This document shows, in pieces, positions 20,007 to 31,443 of a DNA stretch of 64,000 nucleotides. The position numbers were made by a program, and so were the translations under genes. Where the stretch lies: IMG/VR virus record IMGVR_UViG_3300025697_000014, positions 20,952 to 84,951 of that record. The stretch is one strand, 5' to 3'. Numbering within the stretch: position 1 is the first letter of the stretch; each line of letters opens with the position of its first letter. The notes below the pieces were generated by a model. The model made no database searches. It worked only from the letters and a program-made list of their open reading frames with translations, and had not been told where the DNA came from. This DNA is from a virus.

Positions 20007-20659
20007 TAGACCTCCGGCCACTCGTCAGGGAACCCAGCCTTGTGACGGGCTTCGTATGTCTCCCTATCGATCTTGTTGTGTTCCATGTCTAGAATCTTGA
20101 GACGCTGAGCATCGCGATCCTGATGATGTGTGAATGTTGCTTCTGCGCAGAATACAAGCGCATGTGCTTCATTAGCTCTGAATGTCCACTCGTTATCGCC
20201 ATATTCGACGTAGTACCAGGGGAGACCCATTCTACCATTCATAACGGTATCAACGTATTCCCGAGTACACATCCATAGGGTGGCTAGTGTTCCATAGTGC
20301 CACGGGTCGTGGAAAGCTACAAAGCCCTTGTTGGGCGTGTCTAGGCAAGCCCGTAGCCAGCCATCGTCGAATTCCATATCGTCCGACATAAGAGCAATCC
20401 ACTCGCCAGTTGAGACCTGGTAACCAGCTTCCCACTTCTCTTGTGGGTGTCCGTTACGATAGTCTTCTGGCATAAGCACTACTCGTACATCGAGTAAGTC
20501 CATCATAGCTTCTCTGCTTATGATGTCTGGTGCGTCCAGAATGACGATAATCTCTGTATTAATACCGGCGGTTGTTGCGCGTATGTTAGCGAGTGATCGC
20601 TTGAGACCACCTACTCTGTCTCTACTCGGTATGAGAATGCTGACTAGCGGATCTGCCAT
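20006..20659 (-). CDS. GT2 family glycosyltransferase
   Basis: VSILIPSRDR, MSDD, YGDNE. Confidence 0.85.
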   Translation of the reverse strand: MADPLVSILIPSRDRVGGLKRSLANIRATTAGINTEIIVILDAPDIISREAMMDLLDVRVVLMPEDYRNGHPQEKWEAGYQVSTGEWIALMSDDMEFDDGWLRACLDTPNKGFVAFHDPWHYGTLATLWMCTREYVDTVMNGRMGLPWYYVEYGDNEWTFRANEAHALVFCAEATFTHHQDRDAQRLKILDMEHNKIDRETYEARHKAGFPDEWPEV

Positions 20660-21183
20660 AGCTCTCTCCCTTCTTCCCCATTCCAGTCCTGGAAGAAAAG
20701 GTTGTCCCTTTTCTCGAAGATAGTGATATTGGATTCGTCCTTGTTTACCTCTATTGTCCTGATAGATGGCGAGAACTGCTTCAGGAATGCGACGATGTTA
20801 TCTACGTCCTGTGTGCGCCTAGTATCGTGGAAAGCTAGCTTGCCTCCAATTTTCAGTAGAGGCCATGCGTTAAATGCGAACTCGCGTCGTTTGTCATCGA
20901 CTCCATCATCAAAGATGAGATCGTAGCCACTACCCTTTCTCTCCATGTATTGTTGGTATGTAACAATCTCTATCTCACGTATGTCTAGATCTGAGAGACG
21001 CTTATTGGTGGTCTCAATCCAGTAAGGATCGGTTTCAACCGATTTCATAGGACATGTAGAATAAGCAGCCATCACCTGTGTAGACGCTCCACATCCAAAC
21101 TCTAGGATGCTGGTTGCTTCACAGGCAAGCTTACGTAATACCACAGCGTCTGCTTTACTGATATCGCCAATGTACGGGATCAT
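20644..21183 (-). CDS. Class I SAM-dependent methyltransferase
   Basis: ILEFGCGAST, YDLIFDDG, LKIGG..AFHD; start ATG 21183 with GGAGG. Confidence 0.85.
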   Translation of the reverse strand: MIPYIGDISKADAVVLRKLACEATSILEFGCGASTQVMAAYSTCPMKSVETDPYWIETTNKRLSDLDIREIEIVTYQQYMERKGSGYDLIFDDGVDDKRREFAFNAWPLLKIGGKLAFHDTRRTQDVDNIVAFLKQFSPSIRTIEVNKDESNITIFEKRDNLFFQDWNGEEGRELWQIR

Positions 21184-21845
21184 TTCTGTTGAACCTCCAT
21201 GTGCTCTGCTATCTTGGTAGTCCAGTAATTGGACTGACCAACACCAATTGATTTCATATAGTATAGCTCGTCGTCTGATAGGTCGCTTACCTTGTCGTAG
21301 TACCAAGGGACATGTATAGCATCGTAGGGTGGCGCAGAGCGTACAGCGGGGAAATCATGTAGTCGACTACGGCATAGACAGAAAGTTGTGTCAATGTCAC
21401 TGCCATAGAACTGATCGTCTACCTTACGTGACCAAGCAATGGCTTCCCACTTCTTAGCCTGGATACCGATAACTGTCGGTGGTAAGTCGCTGGTCCTTAG
21501 AGAGAAACCAGACTTACACGCAAACTCATGTCTATCTAGACCTAGCTGAAGTACATGCGGCCAATCCTTCGGGATATGGTCGATCTTCAGATCGGGGTCT
21601 GTGACAACGAAACCACCATTGAGACCAAAGTCGTCCAGGATACTCGTTAGCCAGACTACAGCACACCCGTAGTTCATATCCATACGCAGAACCTTGTGAG
21701 GTGTAGTCTCGTAGTACTCCAGCAACGGGGGATATGTACTCTTGTTATCTATGATGATAGGGGTTACCCCAGGACACTCAGCAAGATAGTCTGCCATTCT
21801 GCGCGGAAGGTGAAGACGGTTGTAGTTGATGATAAAGGCATACAT
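21180..21845 (-). CDS. GT2-like glycosyltransferase
   Basis: IINYNR, IIIDNKSTYPPL, VVTDPD, IDTTF. Confidence 0.8.
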   Translation of the reverse strand: MYAFIINYNRLHLPRRMADYLAECPGVTPIIIDNKSTYPPLLEYYETTPHKVLRMDMNYGCAVVWLTSILDDFGLNGGFVVTDPDLKIDHIPKDWPHVLQLGLDRHEFACKSGFSLRTSDLPPTVIGIQAKKWEAIAWSRKVDDQFYGSDIDTTFCLCRSRLHDFPAVRSAPPYDAIHVPWYYDKVSDLSDDELYYMKSIGVGQSNYWTTKIAEHMEVQQK

Positions 21846-21847
21846 GT

Positions 21848-22339
21848 CTATTTCCCGTTCCTGCATTCAAAGTGGAGCCACCATGGAACATCTTTATCAC
21901 CAGGTGATTTATCGAGATTGATTGACGTAAATCCATAGTTGGTAAGTAGGTCTACCAACGTGATTTTCGTGAAAAGGTTATAGTGCTGATGTGGGTAACC
22001 AGCCTGGTCTCCATACAAGTTTCGCATGAAAGTTTCACGATCAATCGTGCCAGCAACATACTTCTTGATATTAGAGTCAAGGCTAGGAGTAGTGCCGTGT
22101 AGAAGGCCGTGCGGTTTGAGAATTCGCTTCCACTCAGGGAAAACGAGGTGATACTTCCACACAGGAACATGCTCAATTACATCACCAACCCAAATCTCGT
22201 CTACATAGTCGTCCTCAAGAGGAATATCAACGAAGTCACACACTATTTCGATGTGAGGCCCTTCGTCAAAGTCCAAATGAATCCAGTCGTCCAATGGCTT
22301 CTTGGTATTCAGGCCGCAGCCCATGTCCAGCTTAATCAT
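21848..22339 (-). CDS. Class I SAM-dependent methyltransferase
   Basis: KLDMGCG, DVIEH, RILKPHG. Confidence 0.85.
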   Translation of the reverse strand: MIKLDMGCGLNTKKPLDDWIHLDFDEGPHIEIVCDFVDIPLEDDYVDEIWVGDVIEHVPVWKYHLVFPEWKRILKPHGLLHGTTPSLDSNIKKYVAGTIDRETFMRNLYGDQAGYPHQHYNLFTKITLVDLLTNYGFTSINLDKSPGDKDVPWWLHFECRNGK

Positions 22340-22368
22340 TGTACCACCTTTCCATAGTGTATCTCATA

Positions 22369-23190
22369 TCAAGCCTCAGTTGGCTCGACAATATCTGTTT
22401 CTACGTGTTTGTTGAAGCCTCCATCAAAGTATGGTGGAATCTGACCGTTCTGTAGAGCGAGCTTGTATCTGTTGTAGTTCGGCATACCCTGAGAAGCCTG
22501 CCTACTCTTCCATGCTGTATATTCAGCTAGTGGATTTGGATCAATGTGATCGATATCAACGCCATGTAAGAAGCACGATGAATATCCCAGCTTGTGTGCT
22601 CTAAGGGCAGCGATAGCATCGTCAAAGCCATAGACCGTGTCAGGTTGTAGCAAGTAGCCGAATTCAGGTAACATACTTGGATTGAAGCAGTAACAGGTAC
22701 CCATAACGTGGTTCGTTTCCTCGATTACTATCCACGGCTCTCCTGGCTTCTGATCAACCATCAAAAGGCGTGTGCGATAGAATGGTTCCGAAGAAGTAGG
22801 CCGTTCCGGTAGATCCTTGCGCTTCATGCCGAGAATACCAACAGAAGGCATGCGCTCAAGAACGAACTCTACACGCGATGTCCACCCGGGTGTGTTTATG
22901 ACACAATCGTTGTCCATCTTACAGAGAACTTCTCCCTCGTCAGCCAGTCTCCAAGCCTGATTCGTACCACCGGCAATTCCAAGGTTCTCTCCGTTAAAGA
23001 TCACGGAGAAGTTTTCATAGCGTTCCATGACGGTCTGATAAACATAGTGTGTCAGTTTACAAGACCCATTGTCCGATACCACAACGCGGTCTGTGCCTCT
23101 GATGCTCTCCATCAGCACCTCTAGCGTCTTTGCAGTTAGTTCACTCCTGCCGTTCTCTTCTGTGTCCCATACGGGCATTGCGATCAACAT
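22369..23190 (-). CDS. GT2 family glycosyltransferase
   Basis: VVSDNGS, ENLGIAGGTN, KMDND, YGFDD. Confidence 0.85.
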   Translation of the reverse strand: MLIAMPVWDTEENGRSELTAKTLEVLMESIRGTDRVVVSDNGSCKLTHYVYQTVMERYENFSVIFNGENLGIAGGTNQAWRLADEGEVLCKMDNDCVINTPGWTSRVEFVLERMPSVGILGMKRKDLPERPTSSEPFYRTRLLMVDQKPGEPWIVIEETNHVMGTCYCFNPSMLPEFGYLLQPDTVYGFDDAIAALRAHKLGYSSCFLHGVDIDHIDPNPLAEYTAWKSRQASQGMPNYNRYKLALQNGQIPPYFDGGFNKHVETDIVEPTEA

Positions 23191-23492
23191 CTTAGTACTC
23201 CCTCCCTTATTGCTAAATCAAAGTGACTCAAAACATTGTCAAGGAACAAATCGAAGTCTTCTGTAAGTACACCTCCTATACCTCTACACAACATGGCGTT
23301 TCTAAGTCGTATTATAGCGTGCTCTTTTGCATCTACTCGTTTAATACGGCCTTCTCTAAGTGCGTATAGAAGGCTGTCCAAAGTAGCTTTCTGGTCTTTC
23401 GGTAAGCAATATCTTTGCGTGAATTCAAACATATGTGTCATGTACTCCTTTATTATATGCGGTTGTTCGATATAGTCAATTTGTTCGCCCAT
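23184..23492 (-). CDS. Hypothetical protein, first gene of the minus-strand operon
   Basis: C-terminal part of the listed 236-aa ORF from MGEQIDY; the upstream part is antisense to a plus-strand gene. Confidence 0.45.
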   Translation of the reverse strand: MGEQIDYIEQPHIIKEYMTHMFEFTQRYCLPKDQKATLDSLLYALREGRIKRVDAKEHAIIRLRNAMLCRGIGGVLTEDFDLFLDNVLSHFDLAIREGVLRC

Positions 23493-23523
23493 AGCTGCTT
23501 CGCAATAAACATCAAATGGAGGT

Positions 23524-24033
23524 TTGATGAACGTATATACATGCGATTGGATGCAAACAACGGAAGTGCGTAGGTTAAAGAGGACATTCTGGCAGAGGGT
23601 GAAGCAGGGTTTGTTCCGCCCCTTCCAGATCGAGATTGTGGTGACACCTATCGAAGAAGTATACGCAATAGGAGACACCGTATTCATGCACCCATCAATG
23701 TACGAGGGATGGATAACCGACAAGAACGACGAGAACATCATACTCACTAGAGAAGCCGGTAGGGGTAGTGGAACCACAACAGCTATGGTACACAGACTCA
23801 TAGAGTCATTGGTTGTGGATAACCATATCAAGACCGCGACATTGGAGGCCCATACCAACGCATATGGTTGCCAGATACTAGAGAACCTAATCAAGTACTC
23901 GCGGCAAAGAGGTTATGAAGTGGGCCGTATTTTCAGAGACAAGGTTCAGATCGAGAAGAAGTGGGTAGTGGTAAATGGCGGGATGTTTGTGCCCAACCTG
24001 TATACAGACCATCACAAAGAGGGAATAGGATGA
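23524..24033 (+). CDS. Hypothetical protein with degenerate P-loop (GRGSGTTT)
   Basis: GGAGG RBS, coupled to next gene. Confidence 0.5.
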   Translation: MMNVYTCDWMQTTEVRRLKRTFWQRVKQGLFRPFQIEIVVTPIEEVYAIGDTVFMHPSMYEGWITDKNDENIILTREAGRGSGTTTAMVHRLIESLVVDNHIKTATLEAHTNAYGCQILENLIKYSRQRGYEVGRIFRDKVQIEKKWVVVNGGMFVPNLYTDHHKEGIG

Positions 24034-24443
24034 ACAAATACGGTGTAGATCTATCGGTAATCAGCAACCAAATGCCTACCCCATATGAAATGATCTTAGA
24101 GCATGAGTTCCTACAACTGACCTTCCTTGGCAATCACTACTCGTCATTTCCATGGCCACCAGTAAGGCAGATTCATGACCTCGTCTCTGATAAGGTAGTA
24201 AGAGTACACTTCGTAGACTACGGGCATGGATACGTAGCCATAGCATCCATCCGTGCATATAAGGACTGGAAAGCACCGGAGGGATGGAGAGCACTTGAAA
24301 CCAAGTATGGTTTTACCACCTTCGTAGCGTTCTATCATGTAGGATGCAAACACAAAGGCATGACAGATGTCAGAGGTCGTGAATTTGAACATACGTATAG
24401 CTGCGCAGAATGTGGATTCTCAGAAACACTCGATAGCTCGTAA
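24030..24443 (+). CDS. Hypothetical Zn-ribbon protein
   Basis: C-terminal CKH...CAECG..DSS. Confidence 0.5.
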   Translation: MNKYGVDLSVISNQMPTPYEMILEHEFLQLTFLGNHYSSFPWPPVRQIHDLVSDKVVRVHFVDYGHGYVAIASIRAYKDWKAPEGWRALETKYGFTTFVAFYHVGCKHKGMTDVRGREFEHTYSCAECGFSETLDSS

Positions 24444-24454
24444 GGGGAATATAT

Positions 24455-24946
24455 ATGATCTGGAATGATGTAATGTTGGCTCAGTGGGCCTCTGTTGGAG
24501 GTATTTCGCCTTTTGTACCAGAGCTGGTGAACCCAGCGTCTATAGACCTTCGCTGGAGCGGTAGATACCGTTTTCGCGAAGGAGGTAAGTGGTCAGACGT
24601 ACAACTCACCAGTGTGTTGTGGATGAAGCCAGGAGAGCTGTATTTGCTCGATACTCTTGAGTATATTACGATGCCACCAGATGCTGCCGGTGATATCAAG
24701 CTGAAATCTCGCGTTGGACGTAGAGGAATTGAACATTTGCACGCTGGCTTCGTAGAACCGACTTTTGCCGGTACACTAACGCTAGAAATGACAAATGTCC
24801 TCAAATCCCTAGTATCCCTTCAAAACGGAGATCGTCTTGTGCAATTAGTACTAATGTCGATGGCACAAGTCCCGCAGAAGCCCTACTCCGAAGTTGGACA
24901 CTTTATGGGACAAACCGAGCCTACAACAGCGGAAGAACGGGTTTAA
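24455..24946 (+). CDS. dcd: dCTP deaminase
   Basis: NPASIDLR, TLEYI, KSRVGRRG, AGFVEPTFAGTLTLEM. Confidence 0.9.
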   Translation: MIWNDVMLAQWASVGGISPFVPELVNPASIDLRWSGRYRFREGGKWSDVQLTSVLWMKPGELYLLDTLEYITMPPDAAGDIKLKSRVGRRGIEHLHAGFVEPTFAGTLTLEMTNVLKSLVSLQNGDRLVQLVLMSMAQVPQKPYSEVGHFMGQTEPTTAEERV

Positions 24947-25392
24947 TAGTGCATAAGCAAAGAAATTCAAGCCGTACTATGAAATAGCTATAGAGTAAAG
25001 GTATTCCCTTGAACGTAGAGGGGTCTCGACGATCACCTATTTCTGCGCACAATCCAAGGAGTAACACGATGAGCAAGATACACAGAGGCGACAAGGTTCA
25101 TATCAAGGGTAACGAATGGAAGACCTATACCATCAAATGCATTTGGGCAGAGAAGAACAAGCGAACTGAGGTTAAGCTAGTAGAACTTGATAGATGGTTC
25201 TCGGCTCACGATTTGGTGAAAGCGAGATGAATAAATACACTATCTATCTATCGAGCGGGGAAACGATGGTGATTGAGGCCCATAGATGGAAGTATACTGA
25301 TATGGATCTGTCGTTTTATGACGAGAATGGAAAGCGGTTAGCAGTAGTACAACCGGCTAACTACTGTGGCTTCACAATAGAGGAGATGGAAG

Positions 25393-25821
25393 ATGAAGAT
25401 CTACATAGCGGGGCCAATTAGCGGCCTGTCATTCGACGCTGTTCAAGAGTTTTTCACAACCAAGAAGAACATACTAGAGATGGCGGGTCATACCGTTCTT
25501 AGCCCAATGCTGGGTAAAGATGACCTGCGAAACGAGACAGTACTCAGGGGCTATGGATACAAGGGCGCAACAACTACTAACCACGCTATTGTTGAAAGAG
25601 ATAGGTGGATGGTCGAGCAAAGCGATATCGTCTTTGCAGATCTTAGTCATGCTAAAAGCGTGAGCATTGGCACCGTGTTTGAGCTTGCGTGGGCATCTCT
25701 GCTACGAAAGCATACTGTGGTTGTAATCGACAACTTTCACTACCATGCATTCGTCATGGAGGCTGCAGACATCATCTTCGAGACATGTGATGAAGCCCTG
25801 GAATACCTGTCTAAGCTATAA
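25393..25821 (+). CDS. Nucleoside 2-deoxyribosyltransferase-like protein
   Basis: KIYIAGPISG, RD...V..SD, SIGTVFELAWA. Confidence 0.8.
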   Translation: MKIYIAGPISGLSFDAVQEFFTTKKNILEMAGHTVLSPMLGKDDLRNETVLRGYGYKGATTTNHAIVERDRWMVEQSDIVFADLSHAKSVSIGTVFELAWASLLRKHTVVVIDNFHYHAFVMEAADIIFETCDEALEYLSKL

Positions 25822-26537
25822 GGAGGGGTAATGTCTAGGTTCTACGGATGGTTAACTGGTAATCGCGGTACTACGACGAGGTGTGGAACTAGGAATAGCG
25901 GGATTCTCACAAGACTCAGGAGCCTAACTGGGATAGAGGTGTCTACAAAGCTTGGTGAGAAGTTTGACGGCACAGATGTCATATGCTTCTGTATCACTTA
26001 TGGTGAAGAAGTACTCTTTAGAGCTACATGGGACAGAAAGCGTGGTCTTGTAATCTCTATACCGGAAAAGGTGGCCCGTAAACCAATTAGAGTGACTTCT
26101 GAGTGGAATATAGGTGATATCGTAACCATACGCGACCATTCTTTTGTAGTAGAAGGAGAATCTAGCAATATCGTCGCAAGACTTAGGAAAATTGATAAAG
26201 GGGAAAGATATGGAAAACGAACAAATGGAACAGTTGTCTGCGATACAACACAATGAGATTTGGTCGCATTGGATGGATTATCTATTCAAGCAATGTCAGG
26301 AATATCCAGACGGCAGTATGATGATTCCGGCTAGCTTAGTAGAGCACTGGGATAGACAAGTACATACCAAGTATGCCGATCTCACAGGGCAAGAGAAAGA
26401 GAGTGATCGTGAGCAAGTGCGGAAGTTTGCGCATCTTGTGGGAGATCAAAAGTGGATTGATGCTCTAGAAGCAGCGGGCGTTGATAATTGGGATGGATAT
26501 ACCTACGCAATAGATGTATATCAAGGGAGAGGGTGAT

Positions 26538-27269
26538 ATGATCATCGTCATTGGACGCGGTCATTCAGGTACGCGGGCTATAGCACATACACTATTAGCC
26601 AGTGGTGTTCATATGGGCCACCATCTCAACGGTGCGGGCGATCTCATTCCAGCAGAGGCCATGTATGACGCAGCTAAGATCTTTAGCAGGTACGTGACCT
26701 ATAAAGGTGACCTGCTGTGGAACTTTGACTCAGCAATGACTATCCGTATCTTGCCAAAAGAGTATAGGTCTGCTTTGGACTTCTATCTACAGGATATAGT
26801 GAATAGCGGTTATGCGCAGAAAGGGTGGAAGCTCCCAGAGACCATTCTATCGCTGCCGTGGATCATTCGTAGGTTCCCTGACGCGCATTACATCTACTGG
26901 GTCCGAGATCCCCGAGATTGCATCCTGGGCAATCATATGACCGATAATCTCAAAGATTTCGGTATCGATTACACAGAAGATGAGGACGTACGAGTAAATC
27001 GCGCTATTTCCTGGAAATATCAGTACAACTTGATGCTTGCAACACCAAAACCAGAGCATTACATCGAAATCAGGTTCGAGGACTTCGTACTAGAGCAGTA
27101 TGATACACTAGGTCGTCTTGAGAACTTCCTGGGGATTCCGTTGGCCACAATACCAGTTCGCGAAGAGTCCATAGGCCGCTGGAAGACACCTCATACCATG
27201 GATAAGATTGGATTCCTAAAGCCCTATATGGCACGCTTTGGATACGAGGAGGAAAACGATGGCGAATAA
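26538..27269 (+). CDS. Sulfotransferase family protein
   Basis: IGRGHSGT, GWKLPET, VRDPRD, IRFEDFV. Confidence 0.85.
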   Translation: MIIVIGRGHSGTRAIAHTLLASGVHMGHHLNGAGDLIPAEAMYDAAKIFSRYVTYKGDLLWNFDSAMTIRILPKEYRSALDFYLQDIVNSGYAQKGWKLPETILSLPWIIRRFPDAHYIYWVRDPRDCILGNHMTDNLKDFGIDYTEDEDVRVNRAISWKYQYNLMLATPKPEHYIEIRFEDFVLEQYDTLGRLENFLGIPLATIPVREESIGRWKTPHTMDKIGFLKPYMARFGYEEENDGE

Positions 27270-28001
27270 AACGATGCTTGGACAGGAGTTGATTGACATT
27301 CTAGGATTACCAGACCACATCTACCGGTTTGGGATCGTATTCCAGGCAGGGCAACCGCCAATAGTGAAGTGTGAGTATCGCCTGGATCTAGCCGATGATG
27401 AAATACTGGGATTCAAGAGAGCATTCAAGAAATACCAGCTGGTTGAGACTGATTCTGTGGAGGAAGGCGATGAGCAAACAGACAACGACGGTAAGGTTTG
27501 AAGGTACAGTGATTAGTAAAAGTATGGGCCAGGTCGTTCTTCGTAAGACAGATGGCACCATGCACGAAATCAGAACGAAATGGAAGTATGACATTACATG
27601 TAGGCCTATAGAGCCAGAGATCGCAAAGTGTGTCCATTGTGGTTGCATGATGAAAGTTGTCGAAGCAAAACACGCCAATGTCGTTGGCTATAAGACACGA
27701 TGTGGCAATTGTAGCAGTATGGGACCGTGGGCCAGTAGTCGAATGGACGCCATAGTGAGATCTAACAAGAGACCGGGATATGAGTAATGGATACCGAAAG
27801 GGAGTGGGAAATGCTAAGGGTAAAGATCATGGCGAACTACAGCCTAATAGAGGAGATCTACATTCAGCGTGAAGCTGGTGGTGATCTCGATGGCTTCTGT
27901 GACTACAGAATACGTTTCCCTGCTACAGAAGGCCTGATCAAGCACTGGAGACCAGATGGAGCTAGGGTCCTCGTCAAAAAGGCACTAGACCACTTACTGT
28001 C

Positions 28002-30861
28002 ATGACCATGCTAGGGAGAGACGAGGTGATGAAGTTGGTTAGGCAGGCCTCCGACATCATACAATGGAACTCGAATACAGGATATGAGCCGATTACCAAA
28101 GAAGCCGCCACACTCCTAGTAATCAACATCGAAGATGATCACCTTGTCCCCTGTATATTCTCCAAAACGATAGATTTGGTTCTAGTAGATAACGATGAAT
28201 GGGTTTTGACCCTGACAGGAGAAGTATGAGTATTCATGATTGGACCCCGGAAGAACCCGTCGCACCTTACTGGCGTGCTCTAACCCCTGGCTCTGAACTG
28301 TTAGATCTAATAGCCCCGACGGGATTAAATACAGACTGGGTAACAACACATACTTTCAATGGCGGGGATTACATAACAGATGATAGACACGCATCAGATG
28401 CATGGAAATTCCCTATAAACGCAGAGGAAGATATGATCATCACAAAAGACGATTGCATCAAGCATGTCAACACGCATAAGACGATCTACTACTGTCGTTA
28501 TAACCCAGGGGACACAAAAGTCATAACCCGTGATGCGGCCAGGAAGATCATCATTGAAGCCCCTGATAACTTGTTGCTGATTCAAGATATGTACGGTACA
28601 AACACAGTAGCGATTTACAGTAAGAAAGATCGTTTAGATCGAGATTACATTTGGTCGATGACACTGTACGAATCATGATCATTACACGAGACGAGGCTGT
28701 GAAAGCGCTGAATGGGGTTAATAGGGTATCCTACCTAGTGTTTGGAGTGAATCAAAAGAAAGTGACGTTGGACTTCGCTCGAACTAAGCTAGCCAATGTG
28801 AAAGACACCCATGTACTAACCAGATCAGATATAACGTCATCTCTTAGACAAGACTTAACCCACATATTCTGTAGAGAAGAAAATGGCCCGCTCACATGGG
28901 CACTAACACTATATAGGTGAATACACAATGGATATCACTAGAGAAAAAGCTGTAGAGCTTGTGAATAGGGCCGGTAGAGTACGATATTGGTTGGGCTATT
29001 CAGCTTACCAAAGCCCATCAAAGAAGTACGTTATCGACTATATCAGAGATGCAAAGAGTGATGCTGGATTATCAACCACGACCTTCCCCACCCTCAATCT
29101 CATCGTCCTAAAATGCAAAAGGTTTCTATATAGAGAGTTCATTCTAATGGACATAGAGGACCTATGAAAGTGATAACCACACAACAGGCATTTCTGGCGC
29201 TGTCTATGGCAGACAAGATCACCAACTGGATATACGGAAAGCCGAATGAGCCTATATCCAAAGATGGGGTCATGGAGCTGTTGAGGAAAGTTGCGCTCGT
29301 ACACGAGATCTGGGCCAAGCCCTATGGAAATGAGATGGAACAGCTGATTCTGAAATGTAGAGAGAAGGGAATGGGACCTATCTACGCAAATACGTACTGG
29401 GAATGGCGAATCGTGCTTGAGGGCGAGAATGTCAAGTGGGCAGCTGCATACCTGCTAATGGACTGATGTATAAGGATGAGATCACCCGGGATCAGGCGTT
29501 TAGGATCGTGAGAAGGAGTCTGTTAATCAAGAGTGAGTTAAACAACGATAAGATACTTACGCAGGAAGAAGCTGTACAGATACTTCTGGGCACTACTACC
29601 CATATCTGGATAGAGCAATATGGTAGCGAGGTACCTTTTTTGTGCACGATAGGAAACCATTGCGGAGGAAAAGAGGGAAATTGGGGACTTCGGCTTCGTG
29701 GGGTGGAGCCATTGCTAAAGGGGGTGTTTGATGTCGTTTGAGACGATAACGAAGGATCAGATGTTTCAGATGCTGTGTAAGACAGAAGTGATCCTGGATT
29801 GGACTAACCTTGTAGAGAAGGTTGAGATTACGAAGGAGCAAGCTGTCGATATTGTGAAGGATGCAGATGGTGAAATCTGTATCTACCAGTGGAGCTATCA
29901 TATGGAGGTGTTCTGTAGAACGAAGGATCGTAACGTGTGGAGGATGCTGCTATACCCAGAGAGTGGAGATTCATTTGCTGAGATTATGAGTGTTTGTGCG
30001 CAGAAGGACGCCGGGAAGATATTCATCCCTCGTCAGATATAGGAGATACCAATGAGAAATGTAGATATAACTAAACTTCGAGCTCTTGCCTTAATCCATA
30101 AGTCAGTTGATATTAACGATTGGGGACCAGTAGCTAATGGGGAAAACGTCACACACGACGAAGCGTGTGCCATCATACGAAGTACCAAGGAAGACTGGAC
30201 AATCAGAGTGGAGGAGGGCCATGACGGTATAGAGATGTATTGCTGGAGAGTGTCACTGGACTGGAAAACAGAGGCTTGGCGACTACACCTGGTACTAAAA
30301 AGAGGCCTAGAGCTCGCCAACGAAGCTCTGGATATACCGTATAAGAAAAAGATAGTATTGAAAAACACCCTGCCAACTATAGGAGATAGATATGGATAAG
30401 AGATACTGGATTCAATGCGGAGAGACGTGGATCAACCCCGATAATGTGGCTGCGATTAAGCCTTCAAGTGGTGGCTATACGGTCTACTTCAACGGGAGTA
30501 GGGATCACTATACCATACTTTCTAAGAAGGAGGCTGAGCCTCTGCTGGCGTTTATGCACTACTTCCACTTTACAGGATGAAATACCCAACGATAACTAGG
30601 GACCAAGCATTCCAGATGGTATGTGAAGCAAAGAGCATCCTCGATTGGTCGGGCTCCGGTGGGAACGGTGCCCTTAGCAAGGATGAAGCAGCTACCCTTG
30701 TACGAGACATGGGAGAGAATACCGAGATCTGTCTGAATATGTGGGGTAGTCACGCAGAGATTTTCTGTCGCGCTGTACCCGTAGATGTGTGGAGAATGTG
30801 GATGGCCCCGAGTTCTGTCAATTCGTTTAGAGGTGTTTTGGAAAACACTGTCCGAGTTTAA
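28002..30861 (+). repeat. Tandem array of nine paralogous small ORFs (IT[RK]xxA family)
   Basis: ORFs at 28002, 28226 (domain from 28433), 28675, 28928, 29164, 29466, 29731, 30052 and 30577 share doubled IT(R/K)(D/E)xA helix starts and conserved Trp. Confidence 0.75.
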
Positions 30862-31183
30862 GGAGGGTAGAAGCATCGCCGCCCACTGCAAGATTGAACA
30901 TAGGGGGGTGTCCTATGCTATGTCTTCTACTAGAGATAGCGTGGCGTGCACCCCTCTCGTCTTCCATCTTGTGTGACCCCGCGAGCTGCACACGCAAGGC
31001 TAGGCTCACGTAGGGCCGTGATGGTCCACTAAGCATAGGTGGGGCTATTACGTCGAATTGACGTGATTTAAGCCCTAATTGCGTGTTTTGGGGCTGAATT
31101 GGCCCCTTTGTAGCGTGTAAGAGGAGGGTGGGGCATAGTTACCCACTATCACGCTTAACACATACTCACTAATAGGAGGCATC

Positions 31184-31441
31184 ATGAACACGAAGCAATA
31201 CGTTGTAGTAGTCAATGGTGTTGTCGAGTCAATAGCATCCTTTGGTACATCCAACCTATACGCAAAGAATCAGCGTAAGGATGGTAACAGTGTTCTACTA
31301 CGTCTAGCTATGGTACCAGACTTCGTGGCTTTTGAAGCTGAGAACAATGCATACTGGGAGCGCTATGCGTTGCACTGTGATGACTGGATCAAGCAGGATA
31401 AGGCCCATGCCCAAGCGGTATGGGACGCTGTCACGCTCTAG
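31184..31441 (+). CDS. Hypothetical early protein (YVVVVNGVV family)
   Basis: AGGAGG RBS; similar segments in ORFs 35869-36306 and 36781-36996. Confidence 0.6.
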   Translation: MNTKQYVVVVNGVVESIASFGTSNLYAKNQRKDGNSVLLRLAMVPDFVAFEAENNAYWERYALHCDDWIKQDKAHAQAVWDAVTL

Positions 31442-31443
31442 TA

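Noticed and set aside
63-23475. Numerous plus-strand ORFs in the track across the late operon
   Set aside because: Antisense shadows of motif-bearing minus-strand genes; no RBS or motifs
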